A stretch of DNA of 64,000 nt from Candidatus Gottesmanbacteria bacterium RIFCSPHIGHO2_01_FULL_40_15. Its GTDB lineage: Bacteria > Patescibacteriota > Microgenomatia > 2-02-FULL-39-11. Location of the stretch: NCBI GenBank assembly GCA_001779115.1, contig MFJF01000019.1, positions 12,733 to 76,732 on the forward strand, in the 5' to 3' direction. A program made the translations under genes and the position numbers. Below, piece by piece: positions 19,228 to 29,317 of this stretch (within the stretch, counting starts at the first letter, position 1; the number at the start of each line of letters is the position of its first letter). The notes beneath the pieces are model-generated. The model was given only the letters and a program-made list of their open reading frames with translations. It searched no databases and was not told where the DNA came from.

Positions 19228-20136
19228 ATGAAGCCTATTATTTTTGCGGGAAATTCCAATCCGGAGTTGGCCCGGAATATTGCTTCTCATTTGGAGATGG
19301 AACTTGGCCACGTGGAAATTATACGATTTGCCGATTCCGAATGCCGGGTTAGAGTTGAAGAAGATGTTGAAGAAAAAGACGTATTTATTATCCAGTCTCT
19401 ATCCAACCCGGTCGATGAATTCCTGATGGAATTTCTTTTGATGGGTGATGCTGTTAAGCGGGGAGAACCCAGAAGAATGATTGCGGTTTTGCCTTACCAC
19501 GGTTATGCCCGTCAGGACAGGATCCACCGGCCGGGAGAATGCCTGTCCGCCCAGGTGGTGGCCAAATTAATTGAAACTGTGGGTTTTGACAAGCTGATTA
19601 CAGTTGAGCTTCATAGTGAATCAATCGTCGGTTTTTTTAAAATACCGGTTATCCACCTTTCCGGATTAACTGTATTTTATGATCTGGTAAAAAAGCTGAA
19701 TGAGGATGTTGTAATAATTACTCCGGATGCCGGAGCGTTAAAAAGAGCCCAACGCTTTGCCGAAAGCCTGGATTTGCCGTTGGCTTTAATTGAAAAAAAG
19801 AGGGACCTTGACCATCCCCATAAGATATTAAACATGAGGGTTGTCGGTGAGGTTAAGGACAAAACGGCCATCATCGTTGATGATGCTATTGTAACCGGAG
19901 GAACTTTGATGAATGCGGCTTATAAACTTAAGGAAAAAGGAGTCCGGAAAGTGATTGCAGCGGCAACCCATGCCGATTTTGTCGGAGGAGCGGATAAAAT
20001 ATTACAGGATTCGCCGATTGACGGAATTTGGGTTACGGATACAATTGATATTCCACAGGTTAAATATTTTTCCAAATTAAACGTTTCTTCCATTGCCACC
20101 CTGATAGCTTCGGAAATGAAGAAAATGGTAAAATAA
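19228..20136 (+). CDS. prs: ribose-phosphate pyrophosphokinase (PRPP synthetase)
   Basis: Start at 'MKPIIFAGNSNPELARNIASHL'. The track ORF extends upstream into the convergent gene. 'IIVDDAIVTGGTL' PRPP-binding loop. Confidence 0.88.
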   Translation: MKPIIFAGNSNPELARNIASHLEMELGHVEIIRFADSECRVRVEEDVEEKDVFIIQSLSNPVDEFLMEFLLMGDAVKRGEPRRMIAVLPYHGYARQDRIHRPGECLSAQVVAKLIETVGFDKLITVELHSESIVGFFKIPVIHLSGLTVFYDLVKKLNEDVVIITPDAGALKRAQRFAESLDLPLALIEKKRDLDHPHKILNMRVVGEVKDKTAIIVDDAIVTGGTLMNAAYKLKEKGVRKVIAAATHADFVGGADKILQDSPIDGIWVTDTIDIPQVKYFSKLNVSSIATLIASEMKKMVK

Positions 20137-20149
20137 ATGACAAAACCCC

Positions 20150-20773
20150 ATGTCATTTTTACCAAAAACCATCGAGACTCTGATTGAGAATTTTCAAAAA
20201 CTGCCGGGAATCGGACCGAAAACAGCCAGCCGGTTGACGTTTTATCTTCTCCATATGCCCCAATTTGAGCTTGAGAATTTCGGGAAGAATATTGTAAGCT
20301 TAAAGAAATCAGTCGTTTACTGTTCAGTTTGTTTTAATATTTCCTCAACTGATCCCTGTCCTATCTGTTCAGATGAAGCCAGGGATGAAAGGACGGTTTG
20401 TGTTATTGAAAACCCGATTGAGATTCTTCAATTTGAAAAAACCGGAAAATTCAAGGGGACCTATCATGTACTTCACGGAGCCATTAATCCTCTAAACAAT
20501 ATCGGTCCCGATGAATTAAAAATCGGAGAGCTTCTTAACAGGATAAAATCCGGTAAAATAAAGGAAATAATTCTGGCTACCAATCCCAATATGGAAGGTG
20601 AAGCTACAGCCATGTACGTCAAACGCGAAATCTCAAATCTTAAATCCCAAAATTCAAGGTTAAATTCATTAAAAATTACCAGATTAGCGCACGGGTTGCC
20701 GGTCGGTGCGGATCTGGAGTTTGCCGATGAGATAACATTGGGAAGGGCTCTGGAGGGGAGGAGGGAATTTTAA
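20150..20773 (+). CDS. recR: recombination protein RecR
   Basis: 207 aa. HhH 'LPGIGPKTASRL'. C4 Zn finger 'CSVCFNISSTDPCPICSD'. Toprim domain. Confidence 0.9.
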   Translation: MSFLPKTIETLIENFQKLPGIGPKTASRLTFYLLHMPQFELENFGKNIVSLKKSVVYCSVCFNISSTDPCPICSDEARDERTVCVIENPIEILQFEKTGKFKGTYHVLHGAINPLNNIGPDELKIGELLNRIKSGKIKEIILATNPNMEGEATAMYVKREISNLKSQNSRLNSLKITRLAHGLPVGADLEFADEITLGRALEGRREF

Positions 20774-21075
20774 TGCTGTCCAAAAAAAAACTGATTCAAC
20801 AGTTGAAAAAAGTACCTGACCCGGAACTTGGCATATCAATTGTTGATTTGGGCCTTATTTATGACGCTAAAATGGATAAAAACGGAAAAGTTGCGGTTCT
20901 TATGACTTTGACAACCATGGGATGCCCCCTTTTTGATCTTATCCGGGAGCCGGTCGAACAGCAATTGAGACAGCTTCCGGGAGTGACCGAAGTTGAGGTA
21001 AATTTGACATTTGAACCGCCCTGGTCGGTAGAAAAAATGACCAGGGAAGCAAAAATAAAACTCGGTTTTTTCTGA
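20773..21075 (+). CDS. DUF59 (MIP18/SufT-like) Fe-S cluster assembly protein
   Basis: 100 aa. 'VPDPELGISIVDLGLIYD…TLTTMGCP'. Confidence 0.75.
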   Translation: MLSKKKLIQQLKKVPDPELGISIVDLGLIYDAKMDKNGKVAVLMTLTTMGCPLFDLIREPVEQQLRQLPGVTEVEVNLTFEPPWSVEKMTREAKIKLGFF

Positions 21076-21097
21076 GTATAATTATTTATTAAATAAT

Positions 21098-21595
21098 ATG
21101 GCTGCGGGAAAGAAAATAATCAGATCAATAATTGAAGGAGGAGCGGAATTTGTTAAGGAGTCTGCCGGTCAGATGGCCGAAACTGTTGATCCGGTTAAAT
21201 TAATAGAACAGACTACCGGCACTCATAGTGCCAGCCACGAATTTTCCGATTACCTAAAAAATCTCGGGGGTAATTTGTCAGAAAGTGAGATTGAGAAGAA
21301 ACGGCAGGAATTTGAAAAAGAACAAAAAACGGGATTGGAAGAAGCCGAAAAAGTAATAAAAAGCGCATTACCGGCCCATCTGAAACCGGCTGTCCCGGCT
21401 AAAAAACCTTCAGTTTATGAACAAAATATCAGGGATGAAGAGATGAAAAAAGCCAAAGCCGTTGAAGCGCAAAAACAGCAGAAAAAAGCAATAGTTGTTC
21501 CGACAGGGATACGAAGGGGGATATTAGGAGGTTTAAAGAGGAAAAAACCCCGATCGACCGATTTGGAGGTTGGTAAGAATATTAAAACAGGATGA
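21098..21595 (+). CDS. hypothetical Lys/Glu-rich protein
   Basis: 165 aa, low-complexity charged sequence. Sits in a tight operon between the DUF59 gene and cysS. Confidence 0.4.
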   Translation: MAAGKKIIRSIIEGGAEFVKESAGQMAETVDPVKLIEQTTGTHSASHEFSDYLKNLGGNLSESEIEKKRQEFEKEQKTGLEEAEKVIKSALPAHLKPAVPAKKPSVYEQNIRDEEMKKAKAVEAQKQQKKAIVVPTGIRRGILGGLKRKKPRSTDLEVGKNIKTG

Positions 21596-23103
21596 TAATG
21601 TCAAAACTAAAACTATATAATACTCTAAACCGGAGGGTCGAAGAATTCAAACCTCTAAATCCGCAAAACGTCGGTTATTATTCCTGCGGACCGACTGTTT
21701 ATGATTATGCCCATATTGGACATGCCAGGACATATATTTTTGCCGATATTCTGCAAAGAACACTGGAATTTAACGGTTTTAAGGTAAAACGGGTAATGAA
21801 TATTACCGATGTCGGACATTTAACCTCGGACAGTGATACCGGTGAGGATAAAATGGAACTTGCCTCGCGGCGAAGCGGGAAAGGAGCAAGCCGGGAGAAA
21901 AAGACTGTTTGGGAAATCGCCAAATTTTATTCCGATGATTTTATGCATACGCTTAATAAGCTAAATATTAAAAAACCTGACATTATCTGCCGGGCGACGG
22001 AAGAAATTAAGGCAATGATTGGTCTTGTTAAAACACTTGAAGATAAAGGCTTTACTTATGAAATTGAAGACGGGGTATATTTTGATACGGGTAAATTGCC
22101 CGATTACGGTAAAATGACGGGACAGAATTTTCAGGAACTTAAAAAATCACTAAGAGCCGGAGCCAGAGTGGAAATGACTGTGGGTAAGAAAAATATAACC
22201 GATTTTGCCTTATGGAAAAAAACTCCGGAAGGCATAAAGCGGCAGATGGAATGGGACAGTCCCTGGGGTAAAGGTTTTCCGGGATGGCACATTGAATGTT
22301 CGGCCATGTCGATGAAGTATTTGGGTCCGGCTTTTGACATCCACAGCGGAGGTGTTGATCACATAAAGATACACCATACCAATGAAATTGCCCAAAGCGA
22401 GGCAGCTACCGGTCAACAATTTGTCCGATACTGGCTGCATGCCGGCCATTTGTTGGTTGAAGGAGAAAAAATGAGCAAGTCAAAAAAAAACTTCCTGCGA
22501 TTAAAAAATTTGGCGGAGCGGAAATTTCTACCTTTAGCCTTAAGATACCTGTTTTTAACCTCATCCTACCGACAACAGCAGAATTTCACTTGGAAAAGTA
22601 TGATAGCTTCCCAAATTGCATACGATGAATTGACCGATATCACAGCGCAATTAAAAAGATCGATGCAGTCAGGTGAAAGAGTTTCAATATCCGAGGAAAA
22701 ACTGAATAAAGCTGATGCATTCAGGGAGGAATTTGTGGAAAGCATTAATGAAGATTTGAATACAAGCAGGGCGATGTCGGTATTATGGAAAGCGGTGAAA
22801 AGTAATATTCCGCCAGGTGATAAATATGACCTGCTGCTTTTATTTGATGAAGTATTGGGACTGGGATTATCCGGGATTGAAACAGAAAAGGAATATCAAG
22901 TTCCACCGAATATATTGGAACTTATTAATAAAAGAGAAACGATGAGACTACAGAAAAAATATGAAGTGGCGGACCGAATTAGGAAAGAAATTGAAAAGCA
23001 GGGCTATACGGTTGAAGACATGGAGAAGGGGACAAAAGTAATGCCGGTCAAACCATATACGGGAGTTGGTAATGAAAAAAAAGAATTTGAAAAAAGCGGT
23101 TAA
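21592..23103 (+). CDS. cysS: cysteine--tRNA ligase
   Basis: 503 aa. 'CGPTVYDYAHIGHARTY' (HIGH). 'KMSKSKKN' (KMSKS). Zn-ligand 'C…HIEC'. Confidence 0.92.
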   Translation: MIMSKLKLYNTLNRRVEEFKPLNPQNVGYYSCGPTVYDYAHIGHARTYIFADILQRTLEFNGFKVKRVMNITDVGHLTSDSDTGEDKMELASRRSGKGASREKKTVWEIAKFYSDDFMHTLNKLNIKKPDIICRATEEIKAMIGLVKTLEDKGFTYEIEDGVYFDTGKLPDYGKMTGQNFQELKKSLRAGARVEMTVGKKNITDFALWKKTPEGIKRQMEWDSPWGKGFPGWHIECSAMSMKYLGPAFDIHSGGVDHIKIHHTNEIAQSEAATGQQFVRYWLHAGHLLVEGEKMSKSKKNFLRLKNLAERKFLPLALRYLFLTSSYRQQQNFTWKSMIASQIAYDELTDITAQLKRSMQSGERVSISEEKLNKADAFREEFVESINEDLNTSRAMSVLWKAVKSNIPPGDKYDLLLLFDEVLGLGLSGIETEKEYQVPPNILELINKRETMRLQKKYEVADRIRKEIEKQGYTVEDMEKGTKVMPVKPYTGVGNEKKEFEKSG

Positions 23104-23701
23104 GATTGGAATTGATATAGATAATGTAATTTCCGATTCATATCCGGCTTACCTTGATAAGTTTAATATCCAATATAAAACCGATATAAAGATTCACCAG
23201 ATTAGTGAATTTTATTATTTGAATAAAATTATTGAAGAGAATAAGAATATTCCCGGAAGAAAAATTGTTAATTTTATCGATGAGTTGGTTCTTGATGAGG
23301 AGTTTCAGTTAAATCTTCCGCCAATTGATGACAGTGTCAGGGTTATAAATAATTGGGTGAGCAAAGGATATAAAATCCATTATGTGACAGCCCGGCCGGT
23401 TGAGGTTAGGGAAATAACCATAAAGTGGCTTGAAAAGCACGGTTATTGGGTAAAAGGGGCAGAACTGGATTTATTCAACAGCAGAAAAGGATTTTCAAGC
23501 GATGCTGAATATAAAGCAGATATTGCCGTAAAACACAAGATTTGCGTTTTTATTGAAGATGCTTTGGAGATTGCCTTGAAGATGCCCATACCGGTGTTAC
23601 TTTTTGACCGGCCCTGGAACAAATTTAAAGCGAAAAAAAATCTGATAAGAATATCGTCATGGAAAGAAATTGAAGATACTCTACCGAAGGTACTCAAGTA
23701 A
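23066..23701 (+). CDS. HAD-superfamily 5'(3')-deoxyribonucleotidase-like (NT5C family)
   Basis: 211 aa. 'IGIDIDNVISD' (DxDxV/T HAD motif I) and 'FIEDA' motif IV. Start may be a few codons downstream, because it overlaps the cysS 3' end. Confidence 0.6.
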   Translation: MVMKKKNLKKAVKIGIDIDNVISDSYPAYLDKFNIQYKTDIKIHQISEFYYLNKIIEENKNIPGRKIVNFIDELVLDEEFQLNLPPIDDSVRVINNWVSKGYKIHYVTARPVEVREITIKWLEKHGYWVKGAELDLFNSRKGFSSDAEYKADIAVKHKICVFIEDALEIALKMPIPVLLFDRPWNKFKAKKNLIRISSWKEIEDTLPKVLK

Positions 23702-23707
23702 TGTAAT

Positions 23708-24751
23708 TTATGGGAATAACCGGTTGTAAAAATTTAATGTTCTGAAAGCTAGTGTGTTCCAGGAGCCTTTATTGAAGTTATGGTTTTCTCCCGGATAGGT
23801 AAAATAATCGATCTTTTTGTTTTTTTCTTTTAACATTTCATACAATTCATTCGACCACCAGATAGGTACTTCTTCATCAGACTCACCCTGATGCAGTTCG
23901 ATGGGCGCATTAATATTGTCAAAATAATTATCAATTGAATATTTGCTACTTTGGTAAAAGGATTCAAAATCAGAAACTAACTTCCTCAGAGCATATCCTT
24001 TATCGGAGAATTCATCAGTATAGTAAAGGATAGAATAGGGAAAAGGTTTGCTTACCGGTGCCCAAAGAACTGTGGGATAAGACGCGCCGGTTATTTCCAG
24101 TACCGCCAAAGCGATATGTCCGCCGTTTGAGTGTCCGAACAATCCGATTGAGGAAGGATCAACTGTATAGGGATATTCAGGAAGAGCGTTTTTTACCGCC
24201 TGAGGCAAAAGAGGAAGAGATTCTAACAGTTGCAGGACGGTTGTGTAGGTTTGGAATCTTTCTTCCATCGGATTTGCTGATGGAGAAGCAGATTGACCAT
24301 AACCCAGAAAATCAGGCGATATAGTCAGGAACCCGCTATCAGCCAGATGTTCACCGATTCTTGAAGTGCCCATTCCGGATTGATAAACTTCCTTGTCTAC
24401 AAATCCCCGTAATAGTAAGATGACGCTTTTCGGTCTTTGTTTTAGAGGGATGTTTACAAGTGCGCTGGTTTTTTTTCCTTCAGAATTAAAAAACAGCAAC
24501 CGGGAGGTAAAATTTCCGGACGGGCGGATCTCTTCGCCAATTTCCATTTCATTACCGGTAAAATTTGCCAGACTGAGATTATTAAAGGCATACCTGTCGA
24601 GGGTTCGTTCAATTTTAATGACAGAGTCGGCAACAGGCGAAACAAGAGTATTTTTAAGAGTCCGGAAATAAACAAATATTAAACTTATTCCCAAGATAAG
24701 AAGGGAAACGGCGGTAAGGAATAGAATTTTCGGTACAGTTCCGGTTGACAT
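23708..24751 (-). CDS. membrane-anchored alpha/beta-hydrolase, S9 prolyl-oligopeptidase-like
   Basis: 'LFGHSNGGHIA' (GxSxG). Downstream Asp/His region 'HQGESDEEVP…GENHNF'. Start placed at 'MSTGTVPKILFLTAVSLL' to avoid overlap with rpsF. Confidence 0.65.
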   Translation of the reverse strand: MSTGTVPKILFLTAVSLLILGISLIFVYFRTLKNTLVSPVADSVIKIERTLDRYAFNNLSLANFTGNEMEIGEEIRPSGNFTSRLLFFNSEGKKTSALVNIPLKQRPKSVILLLRGFVDKEVYQSGMGTSRIGEHLADSGFLTISPDFLGYGQSASPSANPMEERFQTYTTVLQLLESLPLLPQAVKNALPEYPYTVDPSSIGLFGHSNGGHIALAVLEITGASYPTVLWAPVSKPFPYSILYYTDEFSDKGYALRKLVSDFESFYQSSKYSIDNYFDNINAPIELHQGESDEEVPIWWSNELYEMLKEKNKKIDYFTYPGENHNFNKGSWNTLAFRTLNFYNRLFP

Positions 24752-24791
24752 TTCAGCTGTTTTATGAAAAATAATATGATATACTACCGGC

Positions 24792-25160
24792 ATGGATAAT
24801 TTATATGAAATGATGCTTATTAACAAGTCGGGATTGACCGACGCGGATGAAAAAAAGCTATTTAACAGAATCGGAACAGTCATTGAAGAAAAGGGTAAAA
24901 TTGTCAAAAAAAATGAAATGGGAAAGCAACTTTTAGCATACCCCATAAAAAAGGAAAAAGAGGGAAATTACTGGTTATTTTCCATTCAGGCAGACCCCCA
25001 ATTAATTGCAAAAATAAACGGCAAACTTAAAATGGAGGAAAATATTTTGCGATTTCTTATATTGAGGAAACAGGAACTGAAGAAGAAAGAAACAAAAGCA
25101 AAAGACATAAAAGGGGAGACTAGATCCACCGATAAAAAGGTTAAAAAGAAAGGAAGCTGA
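24792..25160 (+). CDS. rpsF: 30S ribosomal protein S6
   Basis: 'YEMMLINKSGLTDADEKKLFNRIGTVIEEKGKIVKKNEMGKQLLAYPIKKE…GNYWLF'. Confidence 0.88.
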   Translation: MDNLYEMMLINKSGLTDADEKKLFNRIGTVIEEKGKIVKKNEMGKQLLAYPIKKEKEGNYWLFSIQADPQLIAKINGKLKMEENILRFLILRKQELKKKETKAKDIKGETRSTDKKVKKKGS

Positions 25161-25163
25161 GAC

Positions 25164-25790
25164 ATGTCAGTAAGGTCGTTAAATAAAGTAATTCTTATAG
25201 GAAATTTAACCCGGGATCCCGAATTGAGATACACTCCGGCCGGTACGGCTGTCTGCACTTTCGGTTTGGCAACCAACCGTCAATGGACAACCCAAACAGG
25301 AGAAACCAAGGAAGAAACAGAATTTCACCGGATTGTTTCATGGAACAAGCTGGCTGAACTTTGTTCGCAACTGTTGTCAAAAGGCAGAAAAGTATATGTT
25401 GAAGGCAGATTGGCAACCCATACCTGGACCGGTCAGGACGGCAATCAGAGAACAACGACAGAGATTGTTATTGATGATATGATAATTCTTGATTCCAAAA
25501 GGGTAATAAAAGAAGAGGGGGAAGGTTATTCCCAACCGGTTACACCGGCAGCAATTCCGGTTGATGAAGGTGCAAATGCGCCTGTTGATATGAAAACTGC
25601 ATCTGAAAACGCAATCGGGGAAGAAAATGAAGAAAAAAGCGACAAGTTAAAATCAAAAGTTGAAAAAAAGACCGGTTCAACCAAATCTAAGAAAAAGGAT
25701 GAAGTACTTGAATCTGAAGTAAAAGTATCGGCGGCCCAAGCAGCTGAAAAAGGCATAGAGGAAATAACTCCCGATGATATCCCGTTTTAA
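25164..25790 (+). CDS. ssb: single-stranded DNA-binding protein
   Basis: OB-fold N-terminus 'LNKVILIGNLTRDPELRYTPAGTAVCTFGLATNR'. Acidic tail ending 'DDIPF'. Confidence 0.92.
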   Translation: MSVRSLNKVILIGNLTRDPELRYTPAGTAVCTFGLATNRQWTTQTGETKEETEFHRIVSWNKLAELCSQLLSKGRKVYVEGRLATHTWTGQDGNQRTTTEIVIDDMIILDSKRVIKEEGEGYSQPVTPAAIPVDEGANAPVDMKTASENAIGEENEEKSDKLKSKVEKKTGSTKSKKKDEVLESEVKVSAAQAAEKGIEEITPDDIPF

Positions 25791-25810
25791 CGTGATTAAG
25801 AAATAAATAT

Positions 25811-26062
25811 ATGGCCAGACGCACCAGTACCAGAAGAATCCGAAGAAGAATAATTAAACCAAAAGATTGTCCTTTTTGTAAGTTAAATGAAGAACCGGAT
25901 TTTAAAGATGTTGAGAAAATCAGGCATTATATTTCAGAGAGGGGAAAAATTTTACCCCGGACTCTTACCGGTATCTGTCAAAAGCATCAGCTAAGACTTT
26001 CCAGATCCATCAAGCAATCAAGATACATGGCTCTTCTACCTTTTGTCGTCAGACCGGTTTAA
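25811..26062 (+). CDS. rpsR: 30S ribosomal protein S18
   Basis: 'CPFCKLNEEPDFKDVEKIRHYISERGKILPRTLTGICQKHQ'. Confidence 0.9.
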   Translation: MARRTSTRRIRRRIIKPKDCPFCKLNEEPDFKDVEKIRHYISERGKILPRTLTGICQKHQLRLSRSIKQSRYMALLPFVVRPV

Positions 26063-26073
26063 ACCGCTAATAC

Positions 26074-26811
26074 TTGTTAATGAAAACAACAGCAAAGATT
26101 ACCCTAACACCTAATGCTAAAGTTCTAGTTGATGTAGGGGATGAAATTAACAGGGAGACAGTATTGGCAAGTGAGGACGAAAAAGATAAAGATACAAGAA
26201 TTGATCTCTCAGGAATTCTCAAAGTAACGCCATCAGGAATTTTCCGGTATATTAAAAAAAGACCTCAGGATGCGATTAAAGAGGGAGATATACTGGCTGA
26301 AAAGAGGACTTTTTTAACGACACTGACCGTTCGCAGCCCGGTTAACGGAAAAGTCAAAGAAATAGATTTGAAAAGCGGAATACTGTCAATTTCCAAAGAT
26401 ACGCACAAATCCTCAAAAAATATTTCCGTTCCCTATGAGGGTAAAGTTAAAGATATCAGTAAGACTTTTATTGAAATTGAATTGAAGGGTTTAAAAGTTA
26501 CAGGTGTAACAGGGTCGGGCAAAGAATGCAGCGGACGATTGCAGCGGGTTACCCATGAAAGAAGCGGTTTATTTGATTTTGATACGGATGTGCAAGATTG
26601 CATTATTATGATTAAGGAAGCATTTGAGGATATTCAGATAAAGCTTGATGTGTTGGGGGCCGCCGGTCTTGTTGCCACAAAAGCTGCGGGTGAAACCGAA
26701 TTATCCAGGCTGATCGTTTCAGAGGATGATTTTGCGGAACTTTCCAAACATGACAAAAAAATTGCTTGGATGAGGCCCCAGGATAAAGAAATTTTTATAC
26801 TTTCTTCCTGA
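26074..26811 (+). CDS. hypothetical protein (N-terminal barrel-sandwich/biotinyl-like hairpin?)
   Basis: 245 aa. Sits in the L9 position after rpsR but is not L9. No recognisable catalytic motif. Confidence 0.4.
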   Translation: MLMKTTAKITLTPNAKVLVDVGDEINRETVLASEDEKDKDTRIDLSGILKVTPSGIFRYIKKRPQDAIKEGDILAEKRTFLTTLTVRSPVNGKVKEIDLKSGILSISKDTHKSSKNISVPYEGKVKDISKTFIEIELKGLKVTGVTGSGKECSGRLQRVTHERSGLFDFDTDVQDCIIMIKEAFEDIQIKLDVLGAAGLVATKAAGETELSRLIVSEDDFAELSKHDKKIAWMRPQDKEIFILSS

Positions 26812-26815
26812 ACAT

Positions 26816-28099
26816 ATGAAAAAACTCAGAAATCTACTTTTACTTATTACTGTTTTGATTGTTACATTTAATTTCGGCATAATTTTGGGTAAAAAAGAAA
26901 ATGTTTTTACAAGCGTCAAATCAAATGAAATAAAGGCAACTGAAAAAAGTAAGGAAAAAGGATTGGATTTTACACTTTTTTGGGACGTCTGGGACAGATT
27001 ATTTTATTACTATTTGGATAAGAAAGCACTTGAACCTCAAAAAATGATATATGGAGCCATTTCGGGAATGGTTGCTTCGCTGGGGGATCCCTATACGGTA
27101 TTTTTAACACCCGATCAGAATAAAGAAGCCAAAGATGATTTAGGAGGAAAATTTGAAGGTATCGGAGCGCAATTGGGTGTTAAGGATAAAAAGATCGTAA
27201 TTGTCGCCCCGTTAAAAAATTCACCGGCTGAGGAAGCAGGACTTTCGGCAGGTGATTGGATAGTTCAAGTAAACGGACAGGATACATTAAACTGGACATT
27301 GCCGGAGACCGTAAGCAAAATCCGGGGTCCTAAAGGCAGTAAAGTTGTTTTGGCTATAATCCGGAAAGACCAGGAAAAAAGTGAAGAAATAGAAGTACGA
27401 AGGGATGAAATTAAAGTACCGTCCGTTGAATGGGAACTTTTAACCGTTAATTGCTCAAATAAAACCGGTGATAACGGAAGGCAATGTGCAGAGGTAGATA
27501 AGCTGTGTGAAACCTGCCGCCATATCTATTACCTGAAATTAGGCAGATTCGGAGACACTACCAATACTGAATGGGAAAAAGCCGTGTCGGAGATTATTTC
27601 CCATATCTCCCGCAACAGGGCCGAAAAATCAATGGGGCTTATTCTTGATGTGCGGAATAATCCGGGCGGTTATCTGTCCGGATCTGTATTTATTGCCTCA
27701 GAATTTTTAAAAGACGGAACGGTTGTTATACAGGAAAATGCCGACGGGACTAAAAAAACATATTCCGTAAACAGAAAAGGGAAATTAACGGATATTCCTA
27801 TGGTCGTTTTAATCAATAAGGGCAGCGCTTCAGCTTCAGAAATTGTTGCAGGAACTTTAAGAGTCCGGAAAAATATTCCGCTTGTGGGTGAGGAGACTTT
27901 CGGTAAGGGAACTATTCAGGAAGCCCAGGATCTTAAGGAAGGTGCCGGCATCCACATTACGACAGCCAAATGGCTTCTTCCGGATAATTCAAATTTAAAC
28001 GGTAACGGATTAAAACCGACAATAGAGGCAATAAATGAGGAGGGAAATCCTGATTCCGATCACCAGCTTTTTAAGGCGATTGATACTCTTTATCAATAA
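26816..28099 (+). CDS. ctp: C-terminal processing (tail-specific) protease, S41 family, with PDZ domain
   Basis: 427 aa. N-terminal TM/signal. PDZ 'GDWIVQVNGQDT'. S41 'LDVRNNPGGYL'. 'NKGSASASE' Ser-Lys dyad region. Confidence 0.85.
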   Translation: MKKLRNLLLLITVLIVTFNFGIILGKKENVFTSVKSNEIKATEKSKEKGLDFTLFWDVWDRLFYYYLDKKALEPQKMIYGAISGMVASLGDPYTVFLTPDQNKEAKDDLGGKFEGIGAQLGVKDKKIVIVAPLKNSPAEEAGLSAGDWIVQVNGQDTLNWTLPETVSKIRGPKGSKVVLAIIRKDQEKSEEIEVRRDEIKVPSVEWELLTVNCSNKTGDNGRQCAEVDKLCETCRHIYYLKLGRFGDTTNTEWEKAVSEIISHISRNRAEKSMGLILDVRNNPGGYLSGSVFIASEFLKDGTVVIQENADGTKKTYSVNRKGKLTDIPMVVLINKGSASASEIVAGTLRVRKNIPLVGEETFGKGTIQEAQDLKEGAGIHITTAKWLLPDNSNLNGNGLKPTIEAINEEGNPDSDHQLFKAIDTLYQ

Positions 28100-28139
28100 T
28101 TATAAAGCTGATATAATAAAGCCCATCCCGCAACCTATG

Positions 28140-29306
28140 AAACGAATACTTATATTAATAGTACTTTTCGTAATACTTATATCTGTCGGAACATTGACTA
28201 ATCAGCTTAATTTTTCCATCGGTGATTTTAAGGGACTAATTGCTCCAAAAGCGACCCAGAATTCCGGCCGGTCTGACGGAGAAGTCAGGATAATTACCGA
28301 GGAATCAGTCATAACTAAAGCGGTTGAAGAGGTATCGCCTAGTGTGGTTACGGTTTCTGTCGTTAGATCCCGCCAATTGGGCCGGATTTTTGACGGAGAT
28401 ACAATTGATCCTTTTGACCCTTTTGATATTTTCAGGCAAAGGAGTTCCAATCAAAGAGTTGTCCAGGATATCGCCACCGGGTTTATAGTCTCATCAGACG
28501 GACTTATTATAACAAACAAGCACGTAGTATCGGATTCTTCGGTTAAGTACAGAGTGATAACCAAGGATGATAAGGAATATAATATCGAAAAAATTTACCG
28601 GGATCCTTCCAATGATATTTCCATTATTAAAATAAACGGTAAAGGTCTCAAGCCGGTTGAGATGGGAGACTCTTCCAATTTAAAAGTCGGCCAAATGTCA
28701 ATTGCAATAGGTACGGCATTGGGCGAATTCCGGAATACGGTTACAGTCGGAGTTATTTCCGGACTCGGACGGGGGATTACAGCCGGGAGTCCATTTGAGG
28801 GATATGTAGAAAGACTCGACAATGTTATACAAACTGACGCAGCGATAAATCCCGGTAATTCGGGGGGGCCACTTTTAAACTCCAGCGGTCAGGTGATCGG
28901 TGTAAATGTGGCAGTATCTTCGGAGGGACAAAATATCGGATTTGCCTTGCCGATCAATATTGTCAAGGATTTATTGAAAAATTTCAATGAAAGCGGAGGC
29001 AGATTTGAGAGACCTTATCTTGGAGTCAGGTACAGAATGATCACAAAAGATATGGCTATAATGTATGAAGTTCCCGAAGGGGCTTATGTCCAGGAGGTAG
29101 TGGAAAATTCTCCGGCAGAAGAAGCAGGAGTCCGGGTTGAAGACGTTATAATAAATATTGACGGTTTAAAAATAACTGATGAAAACGGTGGTTTGGCAAA
29201 AATAATTTCCGAAAAGAAAATTGGAGATAAAATGAGTCTGGATATTTGGCGTGAAGGAGAAACTGTTAAACTTGATGTCACTGTCGGTGAGACCAGCGGG
29301 GAATAA
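28140..29306 (+). CDS. HtrA/DegP-family periplasmic serine protease with PDZ domain
   Basis: Start at 'MKRILILIVLFVI'. Catalytic 'GNSGGPLLN'. His region 'ITNKHVV'. C-terminal PDZ. Confidence 0.88.
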   Translation, partial: KRILILIVLFVILISVGTLTNQLNFSIGDFKGLIAPKATQNSGRSDGEVRIITEESVITKAVEEVSPSVVTVSVVRSRQLGRIFDGDTIDPFDPFDIFRQRSSNQRVVQDIATGFIVSSDGLIITNKHVVSDSSVKYRVITKDDKEYNIEKIYRDPSNDISIIKINGKGLKPVEMGDSSNLKVGQMSIAIGTALGEFRNTVTVGVISGLGRGITAGSPFEGYVERLDNVIQTDAAINPGNSGGPLLNSSGQVIGVNVAVSSEGQNIGFALPINIVKDLLKNFNESGGRFERPYLGVRYRMITKDMAIMYEVPEGAYVQEVVENSPAEEAGVRVEDVIINIDGLKITDENGGLAKIISEKKIGDKMSLDIWREGETVKLDVTVGETSGE

Positions 29307-29317
29307 TTCCAGCCGTT